Shown piece after piece: positions 14,463 through 33,740 of a stretch of DNA of 64,000 nt. Below the pieces are notes generated by a model, which did no database searches, was not told where the DNA came from, and saw only the letters and a list, made by a program, of their open reading frames with translations. The stretch is from Macrostomum lignano (Eukaryota): assembly GCA_002269645.1 (NCBI GenBank), contig NIVC01003306.1:1-64000 (forward strand). Reading direction: 5' to 3'. How positions within the stretch are numbered: the stretch's first letter is position 1; every line of letters starts with the position of its first letter. Made by a program: the position numbers and the translations under genes.

Positions 14463-15420
14463 TCAGCATGGGTAGTAGTGCCGGACCCAGTAAATGAAAT
14501 TTTCAAAATGATGCTCTCCTCCCCAATGGCGCCTCCAGATAAATTCCTGGAGGTATGTGTCAAAGAGTGCGCCTGACGTGCCACGCATCTGTCTTAGCTT
14601 GGCCTTGACATGACCCCACATTCCCTCGATGTTCTGGGTGTGCACAGTTGGGTCCGCAGGGTTGATGAAGTTGAGGGAGTGGTTGACAGTGGCATGGTTC
14701 GGCAGCTGGTTGTACGCAGCCCACTGGTCAGTTAGGATGCGTGTGCCGGGTAGCACGTGCTGTTAAATTAGAGGCAGTAGAACGGCAGCTGACCGGGACT
14801 CGACTGTCGTCATGACAAAGTTTCTTGAGTCACGCTCAATCATGCCGAGTACCCAGTGACCCTCTTGCCGGCTTTCGGTACTGGCCAACATGGTACTTGT
14901 GGTGCATGAATTTCAACTCATCAATTTCCACAGTATGTCCGGGACCACCCAGCTGCTGGGGATGGTCGATTGCCCACTGGCAACAGACATCGCGGAAATA
15001 GTTGAACCAGTCAACTATTGTCTCAGTTGAACCTATGCCAACCTCTCGCATGACAACGTCGTACTTGACATCAAGTGTCCACCAGTACATTAGCTGGATG
15101 ATCTTGTCCAGTGGCAGGTGACTATTATAGAAGAATGAGTCTTGTTGCAATGACTTGTACCCCTTGCACTCTTTGCAGTACCAAGCATGGCCATCCATTG
15201 TATTGCGTGCGCGATTGACAAAGCCCATAGGCGTGTGGCAGCACTGCATGGTGTTATGGAGCAGGCCAAGGGTTGCCAGCCAGTTTATTGTATCGTCCAT
15301 TGTGTCCGTCCTCCTGTGGACATCTTGCAGCTTCAGGGCCAGGGCCTGCAGCAGCTGGTCAGCCGGAATGACCGAATTCTGGGGTACAATGGTTGTTGGG
15401 GCTTGAGGTCGACCAGCCAT
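14463..15420 (-). mobile_element. Merlin/IS1595-family (ISXO2-like) DDE transposase, inactivated
   Basis: C-x2-C motif, GGPGHTVEIDEL, HWVLGMIER, ILTDQWAAY, VNHSLNF, HTQNIEGMW, YLQEFIWRR. Frameshift near 14870 and TAA at 14763-14765. Element ends not found. Confidence 0.88.
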
Positions 15421-17724
15421 TGCTGAAAGGATGCGGAAAACACGTTAAAGACATGAGAAATAATTTTTGAGAAAAAATTATTAAAAAATTAAAAAATCTA
15501 AAATTAAAAACATTTTTTTCTTTTCTTAAAATGTGCGCCCCACATATATATACAACTTCAGCCAAAAAAATTAAAAGAAACTGAAACAGGAAGCCGAAAA
15601 TAATTTACGGTTGGGTAAGGAAAGATTACCACCTAGCCTCCCTCTGATTTATATTAGCAGTAGTAGGCCTAATGCAACTTACTTTTTGACCAAAAATAAT
15701 ATACCATTTTGCGGATGGTGGGGTGTACACCAAAGAATTCCGGCATACACTTGATTTCCATGGTGTACACCAGCGTACATTTCTTGGCTGTGTATAGTGT
15801 GGCATACAGTGTGGTGTATAGCAACTAGTGTAGAAATTAATATAAAGAATTTTTCCTGCTTTTTCTGTATTAAGTTATTTCAAAAGCCATTTTTTCTGCT
15901 ACTATTTTCTCATTTACCAATCATTTTAATTTCCGGAATTGTCACGATAATCGTCATGTCATTATCAATTTTTTGTAGTTTAAATTTAAATTTAAATATT
16001 CATTGATTTTTTAAACCATTTTTAAGTTGGCATACATTTAAAATCTGTTGGTGTACAATTGAAAATTCAATAAAAATGTGTCTGGCATACACAAAACCTT
16101 TTGCAATATAGATAATATATAAAGAAACCAAGTCCTAAGGCTAAGCAAGTTCAAAAAGCAATATCTCTTGATAAAAATAAAAATAAGCAGAAACTATATT
16201 AGGTATTAATTATTATTAAAAGTTATTCAGTTTAAAAAAGTATTTTTTTATTAATTTTTTAGTCTAGAAATTAGCCTTTATATTAGAAAATTTCGGTATA
16301 TTTTGCCCTTGTTGACCAACTTGGTGTATACTCGGTAATGGTACATAGAATTTTTAGGTTCAACATAGTGTACACAGTTGATATATAAAGATAGCCTAGT
16401 TTAGGTTTAGTGTATATGGTGTAGTTTAATATTATCAAAAGAAAATTCCTTTAATAATAATCAAAAACAAAAATAGATAACAACAATGCAATTTATAAGG
16501 AAAAAATAGAACAAAGAATAATAGTTTTTAGAAAAAACAGACATTTTAAAGTTTAATAAGTCATATTTAAAAAAAATATTTAAAAAGTATAAATAATTTT
16601 ATGCTTAGTATAAAAAAATTATGTTGGCATAAAATTGAAGAATTTTCATTTTGGTATATGCTTGTCATGATCCAAACTATGAGATTAATTTAATAAACTA
16701 CTAACATTAATGTAATACATATAAATTAATACAAAAACTAAAATGCCTTCTTTGCTTGCTTTAATTTTTGAATTCAAGGTTAAGGCAATAATAGTACTAG
16801 TAGTAATGATCAATTTTTAATTTAAAAAGAAAATTTGCATACAAAACCTACTAAAATATATAATACTTCAGATACTTAAATTACTTTAGACTTCAAACAC
16901 TTCAGACACTTCAATATAAGATAGGGCATGATAAATAATTTTTATTAATGATTATAAATTAAACTTTTCAATTTGTTTGATAATTAGATTAGAATAGTAT
17001 TTTTTTTATATTTTTCAACTATTACTATAAATTGAATATAATATCAGTTGTAAACATTGTTCTATGGTCCTATATCTTTTGCCACCAAACTTTAGTGGCT
17101 TCAAATTAATTTATTGACTCTTTATTAACCACAAGTTAATAGCCAATTTAAGTAAGGCTGAATGTTTGTATTGCAAGGCACTGTTATCTTATAAGCTTTG
17201 CACAATGTTTCAAAGTAAAGTCTGACTAAGCCAAAGCCTTAGTTAATATCAAACTATAACAAACCATAAATTTATGTTTATCTTCAAAATATCCATTGCC
17301 TTTATTAGGGCTAAAGACCCATTATATCTATATGAATAATAAAATAGATTGAAACTCATTTAATATAAATTTTCAAATAAAATATAATTGCAAGCTATAA
17401 CTAGCTGCAAGCTTGAAGTGAAAAGTACAAGTGCAATTCACTTTATAAATTCCAGTTTCTTGACAATCACAACTTGAATAAAAAGTTGCAAAATCTGCAG
17501 CTGGTCTACAAGTATGAGTTTCAAATAGTTTTTAATTGCAATTAAAAACATGGTGCAGACGCCTAGACAGTCTTTTATTAGGCTCAATATGGTTTTATCA
17601 GTATATCTGTGATCAAAATAAGAAATGATGCACTTCAGAGTTGATATGCATTTATGCGTTATATTGTTTGTTTTTGTATCCTACTAATACTAACAAGCCA
17701 TATATTGTCCATTTAAATAAACAG

Positions 17725-23312
<5,588 letters not shown>

Positions 23313-23784
23313 CGCCTGCCTGTCTGTCTGCCTCCCAGTCCTCAAGGCAATTTGTTAATTTGCTATTTTGCCAAACTTTCTGCTCGATTTAAAATATACT
23401 CGTACTTTGCACGATATGTTTTGTCTTTGTACGTTTTGCTTTCCGGGTGGCAGAGCCTTCGGTCCGCTCGGCTGCCTGCACATCCGTGTACAGATCTGCA
23501 GTACTTGCTATATGCTGCACAAATAGCCTAGCTCCGGCTTGTCTCCTAATATATGATTGAGTTCAAAATTTTGCTACTTGTCTCAACAAGTCACTTATCT
23601 TGTTTTTGAGACACAAGAAAAGCATCGGTAATGCATGAATATTGTGCATCAAGTCGCACCAATATGCCGTCACAAGTAAATACAAGTATTATTTTGCTGA
23701 TTTCACCTGTTGTTTTGTTGACTTTAATATCTTATTTATCATAATTCTGCTGAAGTGCCATTCCCATCCCAGGGTCGGGTGCTG

Positions 23785-24394
23785 AACTGAGATCCCATCC
23801 CCAGTGTTAACTAATGAACTGAGATCCCATCCCCAGTGTTAACTAATGAAGTGAGATCCCATCTCCAGTGTTAACTAATGAAGTGAGATCCCATCCCCAG
23901 TGTTAACTAATGAAGTGAGATCCCATCCCCAGTGTTAACTAATGAACTGAGATCCCATCCCCAGTGTTAACTAATGAAGTGAGATCCCATCCCCAGTGTT
24001 AACTAATGAAGTGAGATCCCATCCCCAGTGTTAACTAATGAACTGAGATCCCATCCCCTCCCCAGTATTAACTAATGAAGTGAGATCCCATCCCCAGTGT
24101 TAACTAATGAAGTGAGATCCCATCCCCAGTGTTAACTAATGAACTGAGATCCCATCCCCTCCCCAGTATTAACTAATGAAGTGAGATCCCATTCCCAGTG
24201 TTAACTAATGAACTGAGATCCCATCCCCTGTGTTAACTAATGAAGTGAGATCCCATTCCCAGTATTAACTAATGAACTGAGATCCCATCCCCAGTGTTAA
24301 CTAATGAAGTGAGATCCCGTCCCCAGTGTTAACTAATGAAGTGAGATCCCATCTCCAGTGTTAACTAATGAAGTGAGATCCCATCTCCAGTGTT
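23785..24394. repeat. 32-bp tandem repeat GAGATCCCATCCCCAGTGTTAACTAATGAA(C/G)T, about 19 copies
   Basis: Period 32 (23789 to 23821). Confidence 0.95.
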
Positions 24395-24577
24395 AAATGA
24401 CTAAACGAGATCTCCGATTCACCATCAGCTGACTCAAAATGCGTGTTTCAGCTGACAGCCGAGTAAAATGCCAGTCGCCATCTCTCGCTCTCTGACTCTC
24501 AAACTGCGGATCTGTGTGGGTGAGTTGGTGTGCATGTATAAGTTTTCATTTCTATTTGGTGTTTAGTCTATAAATAA

Positions 24578-25647
24578 ATGATGTTTATTGTTTTTACTAT
24601 TCGCTATGGTTACCCGTGTGACGACTTACTTGCCCTCTCTGATTCTGTCTGTCAAAAGTGCAGAACTAGTGGCACAAAGACCTGGAATTTGATTCATTAC
24701 TGACGTATCGAACTGATTGCATTGACAGGGCCACCCATGGAGTTCGCAGCTTGCCTGCTCATACGGATAGCGAATATCGGTGAGTCAAGTTCGATTGCTA
24801 TGTTGCACCTGCGAGTGTTTTTGTGCATTTAAAGTACATGATGCCTATCGTTTACCCGTCGCTATGGCAACCCCAAGTGACGACCAACTTGCCCTCTCTG
24901 ACTCAATATATTTTATTAAAATACAAATAAAATACTCTTATATACTACTTGTCTTATTAGTCTGTCCGCTTAAATTAACCTTCCAGGCTCGGTCTTGTAG
25001 ATCTGTAGCAGTGCCGCAGGAGTTGAACACTTTATAGCTGTAATTTTCAGCGATGCCTTTTATGACACATTTTCCTGAACTCTGCTATTTTTATGATGCC
25101 TACCGTTTACCCGTCGCTATGGCAACCCCAAGTGACGACCAACTTGCCCTCTCTGATTTTGTTGTCTGTTAATAACTGGTCAAGTCTTCATTAGACGTTT
25201 GTTTAAAGTGCATCTGTAATTAGATTTCAGCTTCCAATGCATTCTTTCAGCCAACCGAGGGCAGAGGTGGTCTCTAATAATCCATGGATTTTTCTGTGAG
25301 TCCCAGTGCGAGCTCAGCTGCTCGATTTTATCCACTATCAATGATGTCTATCGTTTACCCGTCGCTATGGCAACCCCAAGTGACGACTAACTTGCCCTCT
25401 CTGATTAGAGCTTCATCTCATTGTGTGCATTTGTCTCTCTTGTGCTGTTGGAGCTGATTGAAGCAAATTCTTTTTTTCAGGAAGAACCGCTCTGAGCTCG
25501 GTCTGGTGTGAGCAAATTGGCATTGGTGCTGAGGTGAGTCTAATGAGAATTACTTTACTATAGAATGCTGACTTTATGCGCAAATGATGTTTATCGTTTA
25601 CCCATCGCTATGGCAACCCCAAGTGACGACTAACTTGCCCTCTCTGA
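24578..25647 (+). ncRNA. Box C/D snoRNA copies 1-5: 24578-24642 (degenerate 5' half), 24838-24901, 25093-25156, 25341-25404, 25584-25647
   Basis: C box ATGATG, C' GTGACGA, D box CTGA; guide ACTTGCCCTC-T complementary to 18S GGAGGGCAAGU. Confidence 0.82.
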
Positions 25648-27594
25648 TTCAATCATTTTCAATTGAATAGTTGTTTTCGTTTTCTATCGAACTGTACATT
25701 TGAAGCGATGAATTTCTAGTTTCAATTTTCACTTGTTATTTAGCCCGAAAATTAGGGTCAGTAATGCAGAGTTTAAAGGTCGCGATCGAGATTGCAGGGA
25801 TTAAGGTTAGGAATACAGGAATGCAAACTCGGGAATGCAGATTTTTAAGTTTGGTAATGCAGGGATTGAATGTCGCGATTGCAGGGACCCAAGTTAGGTA
25901 ATGCAGGACCCAAGTCGGGAGTGCAGGGACCAAGAGTCGGCAGTGTAGGGATCCAAGAGTCGGGAGTGCAGGGATCCAAGAGTCGGCAGTGTAGGGATCC
26001 AAGAGTCGGGAGTGCAGGGACCCAAGAGTCGGCAGTGTAGGGATCCAAGAGTCGGGAGTGCAGGGATCCAAGAGTCGGCAGTGTAGGGATCCAAGAGTCG
26101 GGAGTGTAGGGATCCAAGAGTCGGGAGTGCAGGGATCCAAGGTCGGGAATGCAGGGATCCATGGTCGGGAATGCACGGATCCAAGCTTAAGGAATGCAGG
26201 TATGCAAGGTTAAGGAATGCAGGGATCCAAGGTCGGGAATGCAGGGATCCATGGTCGGGAATGCACGGATCCAAGCTTAAGGAATGCAGGTATGCAAGGT
26301 TAAGGAATGCAGGGATCCAAGGTCGGGAATGCAGGGATCCATGGTCGGGAATGCACGGATCCAAGCTTAAAGAATGCAGGTATGCAAGGTTAAGGAATGC
26401 AGGGATCCAAGGTCGGGAATGCAGGGATCCATGGTCGGGAATGCAGGTATGCAAGGTTAAGGAATGCAGGTATGCAAGGTTAAGGAATGCAGGGATCCAA
26501 GGTCGGGAATGCAGGGATCCAAGGTTAAGGAATGCAGGTATCCAAGGTTAAGGAATGCAGGGATCCAAGGTTAAGGAATGCAGGGATGCAAGGTCGGGAA
26601 TGCAGGGATCCAAGGTTAAGGAATGCAGGTATGCAAGGTTAAGGAATGCAGGGATCCAAGGTCGGGAATGCAGGGATCCAAGGTTAAGGAATGCAGGTAT
26701 GCAAGGTTAAGGAATGCAGGGATCCAAGGTCGGGAATGCAGGGATCCAAGGTTAAGGAATGCAGGTATCCAAGGTTAAGGAATGCAGGGATCCAAGGTTA
26801 AGGAATGCAGGGATGCAAGGTCGGGAATGCAGGGATCCAAGCTTAAGGAATGCAGGTATGCAAGGTTAAGGAATGCAGGGATCCAAGGTCGGGAATGCAG
26901 GGATCCATGGTCGGGAATGCACGGATCCAAGCTTAAAGAATGCAGGTATGCAAGGTTAAGGAATGCAGGGATCCAAGGTCGGGAATGCAGGGATCCATGG
27001 TCGGGAATGCACGGATCCAAGCTTAAGGAATGCAGGTATGCAAGGTTAAGGAATGCAGGGATCCAAGGTCGGGAATGCAGGGATCCAAGGTTAAGGAATG
27101 CAGGTATCCAAGGTTAAGGAATGCAGGGATCCAAGGTTAAGGAATGCAGGGATCCAAGGTTAAGGAATGCAGGGATGCAAGGTCGGGAATGCAGGGATCC
27201 AAGGTTAAGGAATGCAGGTATCCAAGGTTAAGGAATGCAGGGATCCAAGGTTAAGGAATGCAGGGATGCAAGGTCGGGAATGCAGGGATCCAAGGTTAAG
27301 GAATGCAGGGATCCAAGGTTAAGGAATGCAGGGATCCAAGGTTAAGGAATGCAGGGATCCAAGGTCGGGAATGCAGGGATCCAAGGTTAAGGAATGCAGG
27401 GATCCAAGGTCTGGAATGCAGGGATCCAAGACCGTGACTGGACATTATTAAACCAACTTACCGGTGATTTCAGCCCCAGTTGGCTGTGCTTGCAGGTCTT
27501 CAGAATCGCCACCTTAGGACTGCCACAGCCCGCACTTTCGCACGGAATTCTGCAGGTGTGTTTGAGTTTTGCGTTTCTGTGCAACGACCTCACA

Positions 27595-28142
27595 ATGATG
27601 CCTATCGTTTACCCGTCGCTATGGCAACCCCAAGTGACGATTAACTTGCCCTCTCTGATTTCTTGCTAAAAAATCAAAAGTGAAAGGCTGTGTGATGTAC
27701 AAAACTGTATTATTGATTATCTGCTGCCCATTCACCCTTTCAGAGCCAGCCGAGGGCAGAGGTGGTCGCTCATAACCCACGGATTTGTCTGTGAGTCCCA
27801 GTGCGAGCTCAGCTGCTCGATTTTATCCACTATCAATGATGTCTATCGTTTACCCGTCGCTATGGCAACACCCAGATGACGATTAACTTGCCCTCTCTGA
27901 TTAGAGCTTCATCTCATTGTGTGCATTTGTCTCTCTTGTGCTGTTGGAGCTGATTGAAGCAAATTATTTTTTCAGGAAGAACCGCTCTGAGCTCGGTCTG
28001 GTGTGAGCAAATTGGCATTGGTGCTGAGGTGAGTCTAATGAGAATTACTTTACTATAGAATGCTGACTTTATGCGCAAATGATGTTTATCGTTTACCCAT
28101 CGCTATGGCAACCCCAAGTGACGACTAACTTGCCCTCTCTGA
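27595..28142 (+). ncRNA. snoRNA copies 6-8: 27595-27658, 27836-27900, 28079-28142
   Basis: Same boxes and guide. Confidence 0.82.
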
Positions 28143-29637
28143 TTCAATCATTTTCAATTGAATAGTTGTTTTCGTTTTCTATCGAACTGTACATTTGAAG
28201 CGATGAATTTCTAGTTTCAATTTTCACTTGTTATTTAGCCCGAAAATTAGGGTCAGTAATGCAGAGTTTAAAGGTCGCGATCGAGATTGCAGGGATTAAG
28301 GTTAGGAATACAGGAATGCAAACTCGGGAATGCAGATTTTTAAGTTTGGTAATGCAGGGATTGAATGTCGCGATTGCAGGGACCCAAGTTAGGTAATGCA
28401 GGACCCAAGTCGGGAGTGCAGGGACCCAAGAGTCGGCAGTGTAGGGATCCAAGAGTCGGGAGTGCAGGGATCCAAGAGTCGGCAGTGTAGGGATCCAAGA
28501 GTCGGGAGTGCAGGGACCCAAGAGTCGGCAGTGTAGGGATCCAAGAGTCGGGAGTGCAGGGATCCAAGAGTCGGCAGTGTAGGGATCCAAGAGTCGGGAG
28601 TGTAGGGATCCAAGAGTCGGGAGTGCAGGGATCCAAGGTCGGGAATGCAGGGATCCATGGTCGGGAATGCACGGATCCAAGCTTAAGGAATGCAGGTATG
28701 CAAGGTTAAGGAATGCAGGGATCCAAGGTCGGGAATGCAGGGATCCATGGTCGGGAATGCACGGATCCAAGCTTAAGGAATGCAGGTATGCAAGGTTAAG
28801 GAATGCAGGGATCCAAGGTCGGGAATGCAGGGATCCATGGTCGGGAATGCACGGATCCAAGCTTAAAGAATGCAGGTATGCAAGGTTAAGGAATGCAGGG
28901 ATCCAAGGTCGGGAATGCAGGGATCCATGGTCGGGAATGCAGGTATCCAAGGTTAAGGAATGCAGGGATCCAAGGTTAAGGAATGCAGGGATCCAAGGTC
29001 GGGAATGCAGGGATCCAAGGTTAAGGAATGCAGGTATCCAAGGTTAAGGAATGCAGGGATCCAAGGTTAAGGAATGCAGGGATGCAAGGTCGGGAATGCA
29101 GGGATCCAAGGTTAAGGAATGCAGGGATCCAAGGTTAAGGAATGCAGGGATCCAAGGTTAAGGAATGCAGGGATCCAAGGTCGGGAATGCAGGGATCCAA
29201 GGTTAAGGAATGCAGGGATGCAAGGTCGGGAATGCAGGGATCCAAGGTTAAGGAATGCAGGTATCCAAGGTTAAGGAATGCAGGGATCCAAGGTTAAGGA
29301 ATGCAGGGATGCAAGGTCGGGAATGCAGGGATCCAAGGTTAAGGAATGCAGGGATCCAAGGTTAAGGAATGCAGGGATCCAAGGTTAAGGAATGCAGGGA
29401 TCCAAGGTCGGGAATGCAGGGATCCAAGGTTAAGGAATGCAGGGATCCAAGGTCTGGAATGCAGGGATCCAAGACCGTGACTGGACATTATTAAACCAAC
29501 TTACCGGTGATTTCAGCCCCAGTTGGCTGTGCTTGCAGGTCTTCAGAATCGCCACCTTAGGACTGCCACAGCCCGCACTTTCGCACGGAATTCTGCAGGT
29601 GTGTTTGAGTTTTGCGTTTCTGTGCAACGACCTCACA

Positions 29638-30185
29638 ATGATGTCTATCGTTTACCCGTCGCTATGGCAACCCCAAGTGACGATTAACTTGCCCTCTCTG
29701 ATTTCTTGCTAAAAAATCAAAAGTGAAAGGCTGTGTGATGTACAAAACTGTATTATTGATTATCTGCTGCCCATTCACCCTTTCAGAGCCAGCCGAGGGC
29801 AGAGGTGGTCGCTCATAACCCACGGATTTGTCTGTGAGTCCCAGTGCGAGCTCAGCTGCTCGATTTTATCCACTATCAATGATGTCTATCGTTTACCCGT
29901 CGCTATGGCAACACCCAGATGACGATTAACTTGTCCTCTCTGATTAGAGCTTCATCTCATTGTGTGCATTTGTCTCTCTTGTGCTGTTGGAGCTGATTGA
30001 AGCAAATTATTTTTTCAGGAAGAACCGCTCTGAGCTCGGTCTGGTGTGAGCAAATTGGCATTGGTGCTGAGGTGAGTCTAATGAGAATTACTTTACTATA
30101 GAATGCTGACTTTATGCGCAAATGATGTTTATCGTTTACCCATCGCTATGGCAACCCCAAGTGACGACTAACTTGCCCTCTCTGA
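29638..30185 (+). ncRNA. snoRNA copies 9-11: 29638-29701, 29879-29943, 30122-30185
   Basis: Same boxes; copy 10 guide variant ACTTGTCCTC. Confidence 0.82.
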
Positions 30186-31611
30186 TTCAATCATTTTCAA
30201 TTGAATAGTTGTTTTCGTTTTCTATCGAACTGTACATTTGAAGCGATGAATTTCTAGTTTCAATTTTCACTTGTTATTTAGCCCGAAAATTAGGGTCAGT
30301 AATGCAGAGTTTAAAGGTCGCGATCGAGATTGCAGGGATTAAGGTTAGGAATACAGGAATGCAAACTCGGGAATGCAGATTTTTAAGTTTGGTAATGCAG
30401 GGATTGAATGTCGCGATTGCAGGGACCCAAGTTAGGTAATGCAGGACCCAAGTCGGGAGTGCAGGGACCCAAGAGTCGGCAGTGTAGGGATCCAAGAGTC
30501 GGGAGTGCAGGGATCCAAGAGTCGGCAGTGTAGGGATCCAAGAGTCGGGAGTGCAGGGACCCAAGAGTCGGGAGTGCAGGGATCCAAGGTCGGGAATGCA
30601 GGGATCCAGAGTCGGGAGTGCAGGGATCCAAGAGTCGGGAGTGTAGGGATCCAAGAGTCGGGAGTGCAGGGATCCAAGGTCGGGAATGCAGGGATCCATG
30701 GTCGGGAATGCACGGATCCAAGCTTAAGGAATGCAGGTATGCAAGGTTAAGGAATGCAGGGATCCAAGGTCGGGAATGCAGGGATCCAAGAGTCGGGAGT
30801 GCAGGGATCCAAGGTCGGGAATGCAGGGATCCATGGTCGGGAATGCACGGATCCAAGCTTAAAGAATGCAGGTATGCAAGGTTAAGGAATGCAGGGATCC
30901 AAGGTCGGGAATGCAGGGATCCATGGTCGGGAATGCACGGATCCAAGCTTAAGGAATGCAGGTATGCAAGGTTAAGGAATGCAGGGATCCAAGGTCGGGA
31001 ATGCAGGGATCCAAGGTTAAGGAATGCAGGTATCCAAGGTTAAGGAATGCAGGGATCCAAGGTTAAGGAATGCAGGGATGCAAGGTCGGGAATGCAGGGA
31101 TCCAAGGTTAAGGAATGCAGGGATCCAAGGTTAAGGAATGCAGGTATCCAAGGTTAAGGAATGCAGGGATCCAAGGTTAAGGAATGCAGGGATGCAAGGT
31201 CGGGAATGCAGGGATCCAAGGTTAAGGAATGCAGGTATCCAAGGTTAAGGAATGCAGGGATCCAAGGTTAAGGAATGCAGGGATGCAAGGTCGGGAATGC
31301 AGGGATCCAAGGTTAAGGAATGCAGGGATCCAAGGTTAAGGAATGCAGGGATCCAAGGTTAAGGAATGCAGGGATCCAAGGTCGGGAATGCAGGGATCCA
31401 AGGTTAAGGAATGCAGGGATCCAAGGTCTGGAATGCAGGGATCCAAGACCGTGACTGGACATTATTAAACCAACTTACCGGTGATTTCAGCCCCAGTTGG
31501 CTGTGCTTGCAGGTCTTCAGAATCGCCACCTTAGGACTGCCACAGCCCGCACTTTCGCACGGAATTCTGCAGGTGTGTTTGAGTTTTGCGTTTCTGTGCA
31601 ACGACCTCACA

Positions 31612-32159
31612 ATGATGCCTATCGTTTACCCGTCGCTATGGCAACCCCAAGTGACGATTAACTTGCCCTCTCTGATTTCTTGCTAAAAAATCAAAAGTGA
31701 AAGGCTGTGTGATGTACAAAACTGTATTATTGATTATCTGCTGCCCATTCACCCTTTCAGAGCCAGCCGAGGGCAGAGGTGGTCGCTCATAACCCACGGA
31801 TTTGTCTGTGAGTCCCAGTGCGAGCTCAGCTGCTCGATTTTATCCACTATCAATGATGTCTATCGTTTACCCGTCGCTATGGCAACACCCAGATGACGAT
31901 TAACTTGCCCTCTCTGATTAGAGCTTCATCTCATTGTGTGCATTTGTCTCTCTTGTGCTGTTGGAGCTGATTGAAGCAAATTATTTTTTCAGGAAGAACC
32001 GCTCTGAGCTCGGTCTGGTGTGAGCAAATTGGCATTGGTGCTGAGGTGAGTCTAATGAGAATTACTTTACTATAGAATGCTGACTTTATGCGCAAATGAT
32101 GTTTATCGTTTACCCATCGCTATGGCAACCCCAAGTGACGACTAACTTGCCCTCTCTGA
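31612..32159 (+). ncRNA. snoRNA copies 12-14: 31612-31675, 31853-31917, 32096-32159
   Basis: Same boxes and guide. Confidence 0.82.
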
Positions 32160-33740
32160 TTCAATCATTTTCAATTGAATAGTTGTTTTCGTTTTCTATC
32201 GAACTGTACATTTGAAGCGATGAATTTCTAGTTTCAATTTTCACTTGTTATTTAGCCCGAAAATTAGGGTCAGTAATGCAGAGTTTAAAGGTCGCGATCG
32301 AGATTGCAGGGATTAAGGTTAGGAATACAGGAATGCAAACTCGGGAATGCAGATTTTTAAGTTTGGTAATGCAGGGATTGAATGTCGCGATTGCAGGGAC
32401 CCAAGTTAGGTAATGCAGGACCCAAGTCGGGAGTGCAGGGACCCAAGAGTCGGCAGTGTAGGGATCCAAGAGTCGGGAGTGCAGGGATCCAAGAGTCGGC
32501 AGTGTAGGGATCCAAGAGTCGGGAGTGCAGGGACCCAAGAGTCGGGAGTGCAGGGATCCAAGGTCGGGAATGCAGGGATCCAGAGTCGGGAGTGCAGGGA
32601 TCCAAGAGTCGGGAGTGTAGGGATCCAAGAGTCGGGAGTGCAGGGATCCAAGGTCGGGAATGCAGGGATCCATGGTCGGGAATGCACGGATCCAAGCTTA
32701 AGGAATGCAGGTATGCAAGGTTAAGGAATGCAGGGATCCAAGGTCGGGAATGCAGGGATCCATGGTCGGGAATGCACGGATCCAAGCTTAAGGAATGCAG
32801 GTATGCAAGGTTAAGGAATGCAGGGATCCAAGGTCGGGAATGCAGGGATCCATGGTCGGGAATGCACGGATCCAAGCTTAAGGAATGCAGGTATGCAAGG
32901 TTAAGGAATGCAGGGATCCAAGGTCGGGAATGCAGGGATCCAAGGTTAAGGAATGCAGGTATGCAAGGTTAAGGAATGCAGGGATCCAAGGTTAAGGAAT
33001 GCAGGGATCCAAGGTCGGGAATGCAGGGATCCATGGTCGGGAATGCACGGATCCAAGCTTAAAGAATGCAGGTATGCAAGGTTAAGGAATGCAGGGATCC
33101 AAGGTCGGGAATGCAGGGATCCATGGTCGGGAATGCACGGATCCAAGCTTAAAGAATGCAGGTATGCAAGGTTAAGGAATGCAGGGATCCAAGGTCGGGA
33201 ATGCAGGGATCCATGGTCGGGAATGCACGGATCCAAGCTTAAGGAATGCAGGTATGCAAGGTTAAGGAATGCAGGGATCCAAGGTCGGGAATGCAGGGAT
33301 CCAAGGTTAAGGAATGCAGGTATGCAAGGTTAAGGAATGCAGGGATCCAAGGTTAAGGAATGCAGGGATCCAAGGTCGGGAATGCAGGGATCCATGGTCG
33401 GGAATGCACGGATCCAAGCTTAAAGAATGCAGGTATGCAAGGTTAAGGAATGCAGGGATCCAAGGTCGGGAATGCAGGGATCCATGGTCGGGAATGCACG
33501 GATCCAAGCTTAAAGAATGCAGGTATGCAAGGTTAAGGAATGCAGGGATCCAAGGTCTGGAATGCAGGGATCCAAGACCGTGACTGGACATTATTAAACC
33601 AACTTACCGGTGATTTCAGCCCCAGTTGGCTGTGCTTGCAGGTCTTCAGAATCGCCACCTTAGGACTGCCACAGCCCGCACTTTCGCACGGAATTCTGCA
33701 GGTGTGTTTGAGTTTTGCGTTTCTGTGCAACGACCTCACA

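Noticed and set aside
24858-24871. RFX X-box-like GTCGCTATGGCAAC in each repeat (enhancer-array reading)
   Set aside because: It fits the X-box consensus but lies between the guide and C' box, and is altered in copy 1 and the CCCAT copies. Boxes, guides and intron position are not explained by an enhancer. Not fully excluded.
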